The notes under the pieces: model-generated
Database searches by the model: none
What the model was told of the DNA's origin: nothing
Seen by the model: only the letters and a program-made list of their open reading frames with translations
Program-made: the position numbers and the translations under genes
From: Prasinococcaceae sp. CCMP 1430
Lineage: Eukaryota > Plantae > Prasinodermophyta
Assembly (NCBI GenBank): GCA_013416795.1
Contig: RQSC01000016.1
Span: 101,610-130,582, forward strand
Direction: 5' to 3'
DNA: 28,973 bases
In this document: in pieces, positions 19,319 through 28,924 of the stretch
Numbering within the stretch: position 1 is the first letter of the stretch
How the letters are laid out: each line of letters starts with the position of its first letter

Positions 19319-19984
19319 GCCAAGTCCACCAACCATACCGCGCACAACCAGGCCTACAAGAACCACCGCAACGGCATCAAGAAGGTCAAGCAGCACAAGT
19401 ACAAGTCGCTCAAGGGCGTACGTCGCGCGCGAGAAGCGCGGCTGGGCGGCGCTGCGCTCGCGGTGGGCGGCGTGGCGCGAGTGCCCGCGCGCGTGCGTCG
19501 GGGGGGTTGCTCGGGAGAGGCTGGGCGCGGGAGCGCTCGCGCGCCGAGGCCACCAGCGGCCTCTGGCGCAACTGGGCAGCGCCGCCTGCGGACGGACGCC
19601 TGCGGGAAAAGCCCCTGGCATCGTGCTCGCACGGTGGCGGCGGCCGCCGCTGTGCCGCGCCAAGGGCGCCCACCGAGCGGGCCGAAGAGGAGGCCGCGTG
19701 CGCGCATCCGCGTTTGGTGGGGTTGGATGGGGATCCCGGGCGCGCGAGAGCGCGCGTTGCGCCCATCGGGGTGTGCGTGAGAGAGGGTGGGCGCTTGGCC
19801 GGCGGCTTTGCCGACAAGAGGTGCTGACACTGCCGCGCTACCTGTGCCCACGGCATCCCTTCTATGTGCGCCGCCCGTTTCTCTCCGCCTCCCTCCGGCG
19901 GACTCGCAGATGGACCCCAAGTTCCTGCGCAACCAGCGCTACGCGAAGAAGCACAACGCTGTGAAGGGCAAGAAGGACGCGTAA
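19319..19984 (+). CDS. RPL29: 60S ribosomal protein L29 (eL29); exons 19319-19417 and 19910-19984, initiator ATG exon presumably in the gap
   Basis: AKSTNHTAHNQAYKNHRNGIKKVKQHKYKSLKG + MDPKFLRNQRYAKKHN match the eL29 signature. Acceptor CTGCAG| at 19318, intron GTACGT...CGCAG at 19418-19909, GCTGAC branch-like motifs before both acceptors. Confidence 0.96.
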
Positions 19985-20191
19985 GCGCGCCTTCGCTGCC
20001 GATGCAGCCGCTGCCTGGGGGTAACACGCCGTTGCGCGCGCGCATGCGCCGCCCGGCATCATAATTTGCGCGCACGCGCAGACTTACACACATGGCGGGC
20101 GTCATCGTCGCGAGCCTCGCGCCGCGCCGCGCCGCCCCGCCTGCTCGCCGCCAGTGAGGTCACGTCGGGGCGCGCCACGCGCGCGCGGCCG

Positions 20192-21556
20192 CTACGCCGC
20201 CGACGGGGCTGCATCCGGCTCCTCCGCCAGGGGCGCGCCGTACGCTCGCACCACGTCGAGCACGGGCGCTCGGCACATCGGGCAGCGCGGACCGCCGCGC
20301 TGCAAGCGGCCGCGCGCCATGATTTGCGTCGCGCAGCCCGTGCACGTGCACATGTGGCCGCAGCGGTAGAGCAGGCAGTCGATGGGCGCCGCGCAGCACA
20401 CCGCGCACGTGCCCGCGCGCACCAGCTCCCACCGCCGCAGCGCGGGCGGCGCGCTGCTTGCGACCTCCGCCTCGCCGTTGTTCCTCGCGAGCGCCGCTGC
20501 GACCTCCTGGCTGAGCATCCGCCGCATCTCGAGGGTCATGTCCATCTGCAATCGCACAGTCGCGCCAAGCTCCGCCACCGTGCGCGCGAGGTCCGACACG
20601 CTCACCAGGCGCTCATCCTCGGCCGTGCGCAGCTCGGCCTCCTCGGTGTTCGGGCGGAAGGCACCGCGCTGCTCCCGCTGCCGCGTGTGCGGTGTCTGCG
20701 AGCCTGCGTCGGCAAGCACGCCCATGCGCGCCCGCCGCCCGCCAGCCGCACGGTTTGCGTTTCTGGCAAACCAGCCCGCGGGCTGGCGTTGGTGCACACC
20801 GAACGCGTGATCCTCGCCTGGTGGGTGCTCGGCGAACATGCCGCGAACGAGCGAGTCGAGCTCGCTCGCGAACGCCGAGCGGAGCATCGACGACACCAGG
20901 CGCAGGGAATGGAGCTCCTCGACGCCGTTGACGGCTGTCGACGCAGCGCTCGGTGCACGCAAGCGCGCTCGGCGCACTCGCGCGCGCGGCCCCTCGACAT
21001 CGTCGACGGATGTCGATGCCGTGACATCGGCCACGGATGGCGCGCCATCGGGGGGCGCACCGGTGCTTGGCGAGTCGCTCGCCTCGACCGCGGTGTCCGC
21101 GGGACCTGCGTCGCCCTCTTCGTCTCGCGCCGCCGAGGCTGCGAGCGCCTCTTCGCGGGCGGAAGCGGCCGGCCCGTCGTCGGTGGCGGTGGTAGCGCCG
21201 TTGCTGCCGAGACGTGCACCCTGGCTTCGCTCGGCGGCGCGTCGGACAGCCTCCTCGAAGCTGGCGCGGACGCTCGCGGCGAGGCCACTCACACGCCGCC
21301 TCGCACGCAGCGAGCGCACGTCGTCCGGGGGGCCAAGCGCCGCGGGACTGCGTTGGGCGTGGCCCTCGAGCGAGCGCGCGAATCGGCGCACCGCACCGCC
21401 CGAGACGGGGGCACGCGCTCGCAGCGCGTCAACCTCTCGCTGGCGCTGGCCCGCCAGCGCCTCGAGCGCCCGCGCGCCCGCATCGAGCGCGCTGAGCGCG
21501 AGCGCGCGCTCGCACACCGAGCGCAGCGCATCATTGCCCGGTTGTGCCGCCGCCAC
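20192..21556 (-). CDS. RING-HC (C3HC4_3) E3 ubiquitin ligase-like protein resembling the plant EDA18/At2g27950-type family; start codon uncertain
   Basis: C-terminal CAVC...LLYRCGHMCTCTGC...CPMCRAPVLDVVRAY, preceded by LQMDMTLEMRRMLSQEVAAAL and EL..LRLVSSMLRSAF..ELDSLV. These recall the conserved blocks of that plant family (from memory, not searched). Confidence 0.85.
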   Translation of the reverse strand: MAAAQPGNDALRSVCERALALSALDAGARALEALAGQRQREVDALRARAPVSGGAVRRFARSLEGHAQRSPAALGPPDDVRSLRARRRVSGLAASVRASFEEAVRRAAERSQGARLGSNGATTATDDGPAASAREEALAASAARDEEGDAGPADTAVEASDSPSTGAPPDGAPSVADVTASTSVDDVEGPRARVRRARLRAPSAASTAVNGVEELHSLRLVSSMLRSAFASELDSLVRGMFAEHPPGEDHAFGVHQRQPAGWFARNANRAAGGRRARMGVLADAGSQTPHTRQREQRGAFRPNTEEAELRTAEDERLVSVSDLARTVAELGATVRLQMDMTLEMRRMLSQEVAAALARNNGEAEVASSAPPALRRWELVRAGTCAVCCAAPIDCLLYRCGHMCTCTGCATQIMARGRLQRGGPRCPMCRAPVLDVVRAYGAPLAEEPDAAPSAA

Positions 21557-22540
21557 CCGACGCCGACGCGCCCGGCGTCGGCGCGGCCATGAGCGCCGCT
21601 GTCAACGCGCGGATAAAAGCACGCCGGCGACGCGCTCGCGCGCACAGCGCGCGCCGCGTGCGGGCGCGCGAGAGAGAGAGCGTGTGTGTGGCGGCCCCGC
21701 GGCTCTCGGCGCGCCGGCACGCGCCAGGGACAGGAGGGGCGCACCGAGGGAGGCAGGACCGCGCGGCCGTCCGCTCCCCCCCGCCCCGGCCCCTGACCCC
21801 TATGCCACCGCCCCCTTGCCCGCCCGCATGTAACGGCCGCCGCGCGCGCTCTTTTTGCTCGCGCGCACCGACGGAATCCATTCTGTATTCAACGCTCAAA
21901 CGCAGTATCCAAATGACCCATTATAGATTATATAACATACTTATAGCATAATTGGATACTGCAATAATAGACATACTTGCCATATGATTCCATGTCATGC
22001 GCACGCCCCCCTGCGCCGCGGTCCTCCAGTGACGTTGATATTGAATCCGCGGTTTACATGTAAGTGCATGTATGGAGTGATATGATGTCAAAATGCATGC
22101 GAGCGAGGGGTTGAGGGCCGGCGTGGGGCGAGGCGAGCGCTGGCGGGCGTGGGCGCGCACACAGCGCGCGTCACAAGGCATCCCCACCCACCACCACCCC
22201 CGCCCCCCTCCCTTCCGGGCCGCGCGGCGGCGGCAGGATCCCCCGTCCCCGCCATCGCCGCGCGCCTCGACCCGTCGCTTCGGTCCGGCGGCGGGCGCCG
22301 GCGCCGGCGGCGCGACAGACGCGGGCGGGTTTGTGCCGGCCGGTGTCATTCATTTGCGCTCGCTCATTGCAGGCGGTGGGCAAAGGCGCCGGGGCGGCCA
22401 GGCGGCTGGCGCCCCGGGGGCGCTCGGAGTGGCGACAAGGGCGCGGTCGGCGCGGCTCGCCGGGCCAGCGATCGAAATCTGGAGCTCGGGCCGGTGGGAA
22501 GGATGTCCGCGGCGCCCGACGCGGGCGGCGGCGGCGCGCT

Positions 22541-23635
22541 ATGTACGCCGCCGCGAGCGCGCCCACCGCGGCCGCGCACGGCGGCCACGAGGGCGCGGCC
22601 GCGGGCGAAGGCTCCTCCGCCGACGCCGGCACCAACGGCGACCCAATGCCCGCTGCGGTCGACTGGGGTGATAAGGAGGCGCGCCTGCGCGAGCTTCTCT
22701 CGTGCGGCGTGTGCAAGGACGTGCTGCACGAGGCCGTCACCATCGCGGAGTGCATGCACTCCTTCTGCCGGAAGTGTATCGAGGGCGTCTTCACGCAGCA
22801 GGGGGCACTCAAGAGGCGCGGCCACCACTGTCCGACGTGCAATCAAGCGCTTCCCAACGCGTTCGACATCACGCACATCGACGAGTCGCTCGAGAAGATC
22901 GCCGCAGCCGTCTTCCCGGCGAGGTACGCCGAGCGAGCGGCGGCCGCGCGCGCGGCGGCCGCGCAGAACACCGCCGAGGCCGCCGCCGCGTGGGCGGCGG
23001 CGGCCATGCCGCACTCAGTCGGCGTCAAGGGCAGATTCGCTGTGCCGACTGTGCTCGCTCCCAGTCAGCGCAACAAGCGCCCGGCGCCAGCGGCCAGGCC
23101 CAGAGGGAATAGGAGCTCGAAACGCCGGGTGACCGATGGCGATCCGCACACCAGTTGGGCCGGGGCAGGCCTTGGCGGCGAAGCGGGCTCATATGCGCAA
23201 GCTCGACCAGTGGCGCTGCCGCCGGCTGTGCCACCAAGCGCGACACGCGGCGGGGGCGTCAAGGTCGAGGTTCCCGCGCCATCGCCACCCACCCGCCCGA
23301 GGCCGGTTGTCGAAACGATGACCACCGCGTCCTCGCTCATCTTGCGCGTGAGGGGCGTACACGTGCCGGCTGTGGCCGCTCGGGAGGGTAAGGCGGCGAC
23401 AGGCCCAAGCTCGACGAGCTCGGGCGCGGGCGGATCCAAGAGCAACGAGACCCTAGTCGAAACCGCGCCCGGCCCCACAGCTGGGCCCGCTGGCGAGCAA
23501 GCGGCCAATGGCCAGCCTGCCGCCAGGACGGCGCAGCCGCCTGCCACGCACGCAGGCGTTGCGGGTGGCACGGCGGAGCAGCCGCAGGCACTCAGTCGCT
23601 CGTTGTTGGAGCTCTTTCCTACGGGCAGGTCCTGA
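22541..23635 (+). CDS. RING finger protein of the PCGF/BMI1/DRIP type
   Basis: CGVCKDVLHEAVTIAECMHSFCRKCI...CPTC followed by IDESLEKIAAAVFP, matching the PCGF/DRIP RING and its downstream helix. ATG at 22541; C-terminus uncertain. Confidence 0.82.
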   Translation: MYAAASAPTAAAHGGHEGAAAGEGSSADAGTNGDPMPAAVDWGDKEARLRELLSCGVCKDVLHEAVTIAECMHSFCRKCIEGVFTQQGALKRRGHHCPTCNQALPNAFDITHIDESLEKIAAAVFPARYAERAAAARAAAAQNTAEAAAAWAAAAMPHSVGVKGRFAVPTVLAPSQRNKRPAPAARPRGNRSSKRRVTDGDPHTSWAGAGLGGEAGSYAQARPVALPPAVPPSATRGGGVKVEVPAPSPPTRPRPVVETMTTASSLILRVRGVHVPAVAAREGKAATGPSSTSSGAGGSKSNETLVETAPGPTAGPAGEQAANGQPAARTAQPPATHAGVAGGTAEQPQALSRSLLELFPTGRS

Positions 23636-23731
23636 TGTACCCGCCCCCCATTTCCAGAAGCACGCCTCTAAGGTGAAGCGACCGCGCAGCGATGCCACCA
23701 TGCCTCGCATAATACGACTTGATCGACATAG

Positions 23732-23780
23732 GCGCACGCACGCGCGCACGCGCGCACGCGCGCACGCGCGCACGCGCGCA
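23732..23780. repeat. Alternating purine-pyrimidine tract, (GCGCACGC)n-like, 49 bp
   Basis: Uninterrupted RY alternation read directly. Confidence 0.9.
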
Positions 23781-23980
23781 ATCGCGCCTCCGCACCGCCG
23801 TTCCGCACGTACGGACAAAATTACTGGCGCGACGCAGCGATCCAAAGGGCTTCGCACCTGCCGTCGACGGGGCTTTGCAGGCCCCGGCCGTCCCCCCTCC
23901 CCCCAGCAGTGCGCCGCACTTCGCGGCCGCCAGCCGCCTTCCACGCAGCGACGGCGGCGGCCATACGCCTCGACACCCTC

Positions 23981-25609
23981 CTAGCCTCCGATGTCGACGT
24001 CTACGTGTTTGAGAGTCGGGAACTTGTCCTTGAGCGCGGCCTCGATGCCCATCGCCATGGGTGCGGGACCCTCGAATTCGATGGCTACGCTGTCCCCTCC
24101 CGCCGACACGCTCACCACGCGGCAGCTGCCTCCGTACTTCTCGACTGTCGGGCGCAGCACCTCGAGGTGTGCCTCGACAGATGCGATCGTCACGCCTGAG
24201 AGCGCACCGGGCGAGGTATCGACAGGGGCGCCGCCGCCGTCTACCTGCACGACTTCCTGAACCTGCTCGCCGAAAGTCGCACGCAGCGCTTTCTCGAGGC
24301 CCATCGACATCGTGGCAGCAGAGCTGGGGCACGTGCCGCACGCGCCGGTGAGGCGGAGCAGCACCACGCCGCCGGCGACGCCAACCACCTCGACGTTGCC
24401 GCCGTCCGCCACCAGGTATGGCCGAACGGCGTCAAGGCATTCGTCAGCGGTCGACATGCTCAGAGCGGGCTGCTGCGGCTGTGACTGCGGGTCTGGAGCG
24501 CCGCCGGTAGCGGCACCATGGCCGTCGTCGCCATCGGTGCCCACGGCGGCGGCGGTAGCCTCCCCAGCACCGCCCGCGCTGAAGGGGCTTGCGATTGGAG
24601 CGCCGCCCGTGTCGCTCCCCCCCGCCTGCTCTCGCTGCCCCCCCGGATCTTCAAGCCCCACCGCCTCCGCCGTCTGCTCGCCAATAACCTCGCTCCAATC
24701 GTCTCCGTGCACCGCGCTGAGCATTGCCAGCCTGCGCTCGCGCAGCGAAGCGCTCTCGCCGGCCTCGGCGTCGGCCAGGTTCTCGCCCATGGCACGGCGC
24801 AGGCGCAGGCGATTGTCCTCGTAGCTCGCCAGCGCGGCGCCGGAGAGCGCGGTGGCGCTGTCGTGGCCGCGCCATCGCGAGGCGTCCTCCCCTTGCGCGT
24901 TCCCCGGAGGCACGTGCGGGAGCTCCTCGCGCAGCCACGCGTCCGCAAGCGCGTTGAGCTCCTCCCTGCGCGCCATGCTCGCGGCGAAGATGCGCGCGCG
25001 GACCGCGGCGACATGGCGCGGCCCGAGACGCCCGCGCAGCGCGCGCACCGACGCAACCACGTCGCGCGCGTACGACACGAACTGCGTGTCCCCGCGCGCG
25101 TCGCTCACTGCGAACACGCCGGCGAGCTTCGCGCCGTCGCGAGCGGCGAGCCACGCATCTGCGCGCACGCACGATCGGCCGTCGTCCTCGGGCGCCGCGC
25201 CACTGAGCGCCGGATCCGCCGGACCGCATCCCTCGCCGGCCACCGCGGCGGCGGCACGCGCCTCTCCGCCGTGAACGTCGCCGCCGGCTTCGCCGTACAG
25301 GAAGTCATGCAGGCCACGGTGCGCCTCGGGGACGTTATCGTCGGTCGCGACCCCCTGCGTCGTCGGCGCCGGCGTCGGGACGCCCCCCGCGCCGCTCGCA
25401 GCCGCCACCGACGACGATGCGCCGCGACGAGCCCCCCGCACGCGCGCGAGTGGTACGCCGTCAGTGGCGGGGCGGGGCCACGGCGAGGGCGAGGGCAAAG
25501 CGGGCTGCAGGCGCCGGCCGCCCGCACAGTGGCGCGCGCGGCCCCCAACAAGCCACTTGGCACTTATCCAGATCCACACGGCGACGACGCGGTGACGTGG
25601 CGCGGACAT
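23981..25609 (-). CDS. NFU1: Plastid-type NFU iron-sulfur cluster carrier with an N-terminal degenerate GIY-YIG-like domain, 542 aa
   Basis: VRPYLVADGGNVEVV...LTGACGTCPSSAATM (NifU CxxC at 24329-24340), then a second NifU-like domain without CxxC. Upstream are HRGLHDFLYG, GVFAV...TQFVSYARDV and W...VPPGN, typical of plastid/cyanobacterial GIY-YIG-like domains. N-terminus resembles a transit peptide. Confidence 0.88.
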   Translation of the reverse strand: MSAPRHRVVAVWIWISAKWLVGGRARHCAGGRRLQPALPSPSPWPRPATDGVPLARVRGARRGASSSVAAASGAGGVPTPAPTTQGVATDDNVPEAHRGLHDFLYGEAGGDVHGGEARAAAAVAGEGCGPADPALSGAAPEDDGRSCVRADAWLAARDGAKLAGVFAVSDARGDTQFVSYARDVVASVRALRGRLGPRHVAAVRARIFAASMARREELNALADAWLREELPHVPPGNAQGEDASRWRGHDSATALSGAALASYEDNRLRLRRAMGENLADAEAGESASLRERRLAMLSAVHGDDWSEVIGEQTAEAVGLEDPGGQREQAGGSDTGGAPIASPFSAGGAGEATAAAVGTDGDDGHGAATGGAPDPQSQPQQPALSMSTADECLDAVRPYLVADGGNVEVVGVAGGVVLLRLTGACGTCPSSAATMSMGLEKALRATFGEQVQEVVQVDGGGAPVDTSPGALSGVTIASVEAHLEVLRPTVEKYGGSCRVVSVSAGGDSVAIEFEGPAPMAMGIEAALKDKFPTLKHVDVDIGG

Positions 25610-25651
25610 TTCAAACCATCAAAACGCATTCACGCGCGAGCGCGAGCTAAA

Positions 25652-25659
25652 TAGGGTTT
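25652..25659 (-). promoter_or_regulatory. Telo-box (AAACCCTA) in the NFU/arylsulfatase divergent promoter
   Basis: Exact TAGGGTTT on the plus strand, 43 nt upstream of the NFU ATG. Confidence 0.4.
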
Positions 25660-25896
25660 GTTGTATGATGTGTGTGACATTTTGAAAGCATCTTCGTCCG
25701 TCTGAAACCTTAATTCAGGTTTGGGTTTTCACCGGCGCCCGCGCGGGCGCGCGCCACCGCGGTGGCACTGGCTGCGCGCGGGGCGCGCGCGTGGCGCGCA
25801 GCGCGGCAGGTGGGGGGGAGGTGGGAGGGGGGACCGGGGCGACCAGAGGGGGGTTCCCTGCATCGTGGGACCGTGATCGGTGCCAGCAACAGCGGC

Positions 25897-27990
25897 ATGG
25901 CCGACGGGGCGCCCTGCGGTCGCCAGCGGCGCGCGCGCGCAGTGTCGCCGCGGCGCACACGTACCCGCAGGGCGGTGCCAGGCAGCGCGGTGGCACTCGC
26001 CCACGCGCTCGCCTTCCCGCTCGTGCTCCTCCTGTCTCCGGCGCGCGCGCGCGCGGTGGCGGGTGCCGACGCTGCTGCACCGCGCACGCCCTTGCCCGCT
26101 AAGCGCCCGCACGTCGTGTTCGTCCTCGTCGACGACCTTGGCCGCGGCAACGCCGGCTGGACGCACATGCTCGCAGGCGCCCAGCCGCCCCCCTGGGTGA
26201 AAACGCCGCGGCTGAATGACCTGGCCATGCGCGAGGGGCGAGTGCTGCAGCGCCACTACGTGCACTACGTGTGCACGCCCACGCGCAGCGCCCTGCAGAC
26301 CGGCCGTTTCCCTGTGCACGTCACGACGAACCTGTACAATCCGGAGAACCCCGCCGCGGGCATCCCGCGCAACATGACGGGCGTCGCCGAGAAACTGCGC
26401 GACGGTGGGTATGCCACGGCCTTCGTTGGCAAGGTGCGAAGCGACGAGACCCTGCTCGCCTCTGTAGCTGCACGCAACGCGCACAAAGTGCGCGCGCTCA
26501 AGTCGCCGCGCGCTCGTGCGCGTGCGCGGCGCGTGCGTGTTCCTGGCCGCCATTAACGCCCTCCCCCGCCCTCTCCCCAACGCGCGCGCGCTCAGTGGGA
26601 TGCTGGCATGGCAACGCCTGATCACACTCCGCGCGGGCGCGGCTACGAGAGCGCACTGGGGTACTTCTCGCACAAGAATGACTACTGGAGTGACGTCAGC
26701 CTGCAGACAGAGTGCTCCGACGCGCACAAACTCACACTAAAGGACCTGTGGCGGGACGACGGGCCGGCGCGGGAGGAGGTGGCCGCGGGCGGGTACGAGG
26801 AGGAGGTCTTTCTCAAGGAGGCGCTGCGCGTGCTGGACGCACATTCGACGCGCGCGGACGAGCAGCCGCTGCTGCTATTTTACTCGGCGCACGTCGCGCA
26901 CTGCCCCCTGCAGGTTCCCGAGCCCAAGCTACGCGAGTTCGCGGCGCTCACGCGCGGCACGGACGAGGCGCGCTGCGCCGCGCAGACGGCGCACGTGTTC
27001 CCGGGGAGCACGGCGGCGGATCTCGCGTGCCGCGCGCAGTACAGCGCGATGGCCAACATCCTCGACGACACCGTAGGCGCCATCGTCGACAAGCTCAAGG
27101 CGGCCGGCATGTGGGAGGACACACTGCTCGTGCTCAGCGGCGACAACGGCGGCCCGCTCATCCTTGAGGAGAGCGGCGCCACCAACTGGCCGCTGCGCGG
27201 CGGCAAGTACACGCCCTGGGAGGGCGGCGTGCGGGCGGCTGCCTTCGTCTCTGGCGGCGCAATCCCCGCGGGGGTTCGTGGCACGCCCGTGGAGGTGCCC
27301 ATCCACGCGGCCGATTGGTACGCCACGCTCTGCGCGCTCGCCGGGGTCGACCCCGCCGACGCGCGCGCGGCGGAGTCAGGGCTGCCGCCCGTGGACGGCG
27401 TCGACCAGTGGGAGGCCCTCACCACCACCCCGCTAGCATCGGCACAAGAGGTCGCCCGCGGCATGACACTGTCCGAAGGGCGCGTTGAGGCCGCGTCCGC
27501 ACGCGCGTCCGCGGCCGCGGCGCGGCGCGTGCTGTCCCAGGTGGCGGGTGACCGCGTCGGCTGCAGCAGCGACGAGATGCTCCTGGCTTCGCTGGCGGCC
27601 TCGCGCGAGATCCCGCTGGACGCCGACTCGCTGCTGGTGGGCGACCTGAAGCTCATCAACGCCACCGAGGTCAAGTTTGCGGTGGTGGCGCCGAAGAGCT
27701 TCCCGAACAGCACGTCGAAGGAGGTGCGAAACATCGCGCGGGCGTGCGCGGCCAAAGGCGGATGCCTGTACGACGTGGCCGCCGACCCCAGCGAGGGCGA
27801 CGACATCGCCGAGGCGCACCCGCACACGGTGGCGGCGATGATGGACCGCCTCGCCTCGGCGCGGGCGGGATTCTACAGTAACGACGAGACGGGCGTGGAC
27901 GACTGCCCCGGCGACACGGGCGGCCTGCCGTGCGCGTGCTGGACGGCCGTGCACAGGTACGGCGGCTTCATGGGGCCTTACCAGAAGTGA
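25897..27990 (+). CDS. Secreted arylsulfatase (S1 family, ARSB-like); exons 25897-26433 and 26596-27990
   Basis: Hydrophobic signal-like segment, PHVVFVLVDDLG, CTPTRSALQTGR (CxPxR formylglycine motif), SGDNGG and NWPLRGGKY..WEGGVR. A GT...CAG intron at 26434-26595 joins FVGK to WDAGMATPDHTP. Confidence 0.93.
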
Positions 27991-28150
27991 GCGGTGAGGC
28001 GCTGGGCCGAGGTGGCCGGCGCAGAGACGTGGGGCCGTGCACACGCGGGCGCGCGCGCGCGCACACACGCACGCACACAACACTAGCGCTGCCACTGAAG
28101 GCTGGTGACGTTACTGAGCACGCAGCACCCAGCACGCCGCGTGCTGCGTG

Positions 28151-28306
28151 CTATCGAGCTGCGCGTCGAGCGTTTGCGATGCCGATGTAGGCGAGCGCGA
28201 GGGCCCCGGCCGCGATGGCCGCGCGGCGTGGCGGCGCCCACTCCACCGCTGCGTCGACAGCCGCCGCGGCGCGTGCGTCGACATCGGCTCCGAGCGCGCG
28301 CAGCAG
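28151..28306 (-). CDS. C-terminal fragment of an unidentified protein with a hydrophobic tail (possible tail anchor); rest in the gap
   Basis: LLRALGADVDARAAAAVDAAVEWAPPRRAAIAAGALALAYIGIANARRAAR* with host-like codon usage. Confidence 0.5.
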   Translation of the reverse strand: MLRALGADVDARAAAAVDAAVEWAPPRRAAIAAGALALAYIGIANARRAAR

Positions 28307-28406
28307 NNNNNNNNNNNNNNNNNNNNNNNNNNNNNNNNNNNNNNNNNNNNNNNNNNNNNNNNNNNNNNNNNNNNNNNNNNNNNNNNNNNNNNNNNNNNNN
28401 NNNNNN
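28307..28406. other. Assembly gap (100 N, true size probably unknown)
   Basis: Run of N. Confidence 1.
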
Positions 28407-28924
28407 GCGCGCGGCCGCGGGACGCCGCGCGGCGCACGTCGATTCGAAAGCGGAGCGGAAGCGACGGATTGGATTTCGGGCGGGTCCGTTCGCCGCCGCG
28501 CGGCGGCGGGCGGCGGCGATATCGTCCGCGGCCGCGAAAAAAGAAAAAGAAAAAGAAAAAGAGAACGACGCGCGCGCGCGCGCGCGCTTCTCCGCCGTTT
28601 TTTGGCACGGGGGCGGAAGAGCGCAGCGAAAAAGCTGGACCGTCGCTTGCGGTGCTGTAAATGCGATATCAATCGGCGGTAGCGTGTGTCCAAATGTAGA
28701 ATCCGACGCGAAAATGAGCGCTTTCGCGCGCGCTTTCGCGGGCGCTTTCGCGCGCGCGCGGTCTGCCGTGCGGGCAGGGTGCGGGGGTGCGGGTGGGGTG
28801 GGGTGGGGTGTGTGCGTGTGCTTGCGGGGGGATGGGGTGGGGAGGGGAGGGGTGAGAGGGGCGGGGCGGTCGCGCGGGCCACACCGCGTGCGAAGCTCGC
28901 CTTCCACCCCCCCGCTCTGTCAGG

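Noticed and set aside
19418-19909. snoRNA hosted in the RPL29 intron
   Set aside because: No box C (RTGATGA) paired with a box D, and no convincing H/ACA layout seen.
14343-19964. 1873-aa ORF in the track spanning the gap into RPL29
   Set aside because: Artefact of translating through 800 N. The credible CDS starts at 15141, and the post-gap sequence is RPL29 intron/exon in other frames.
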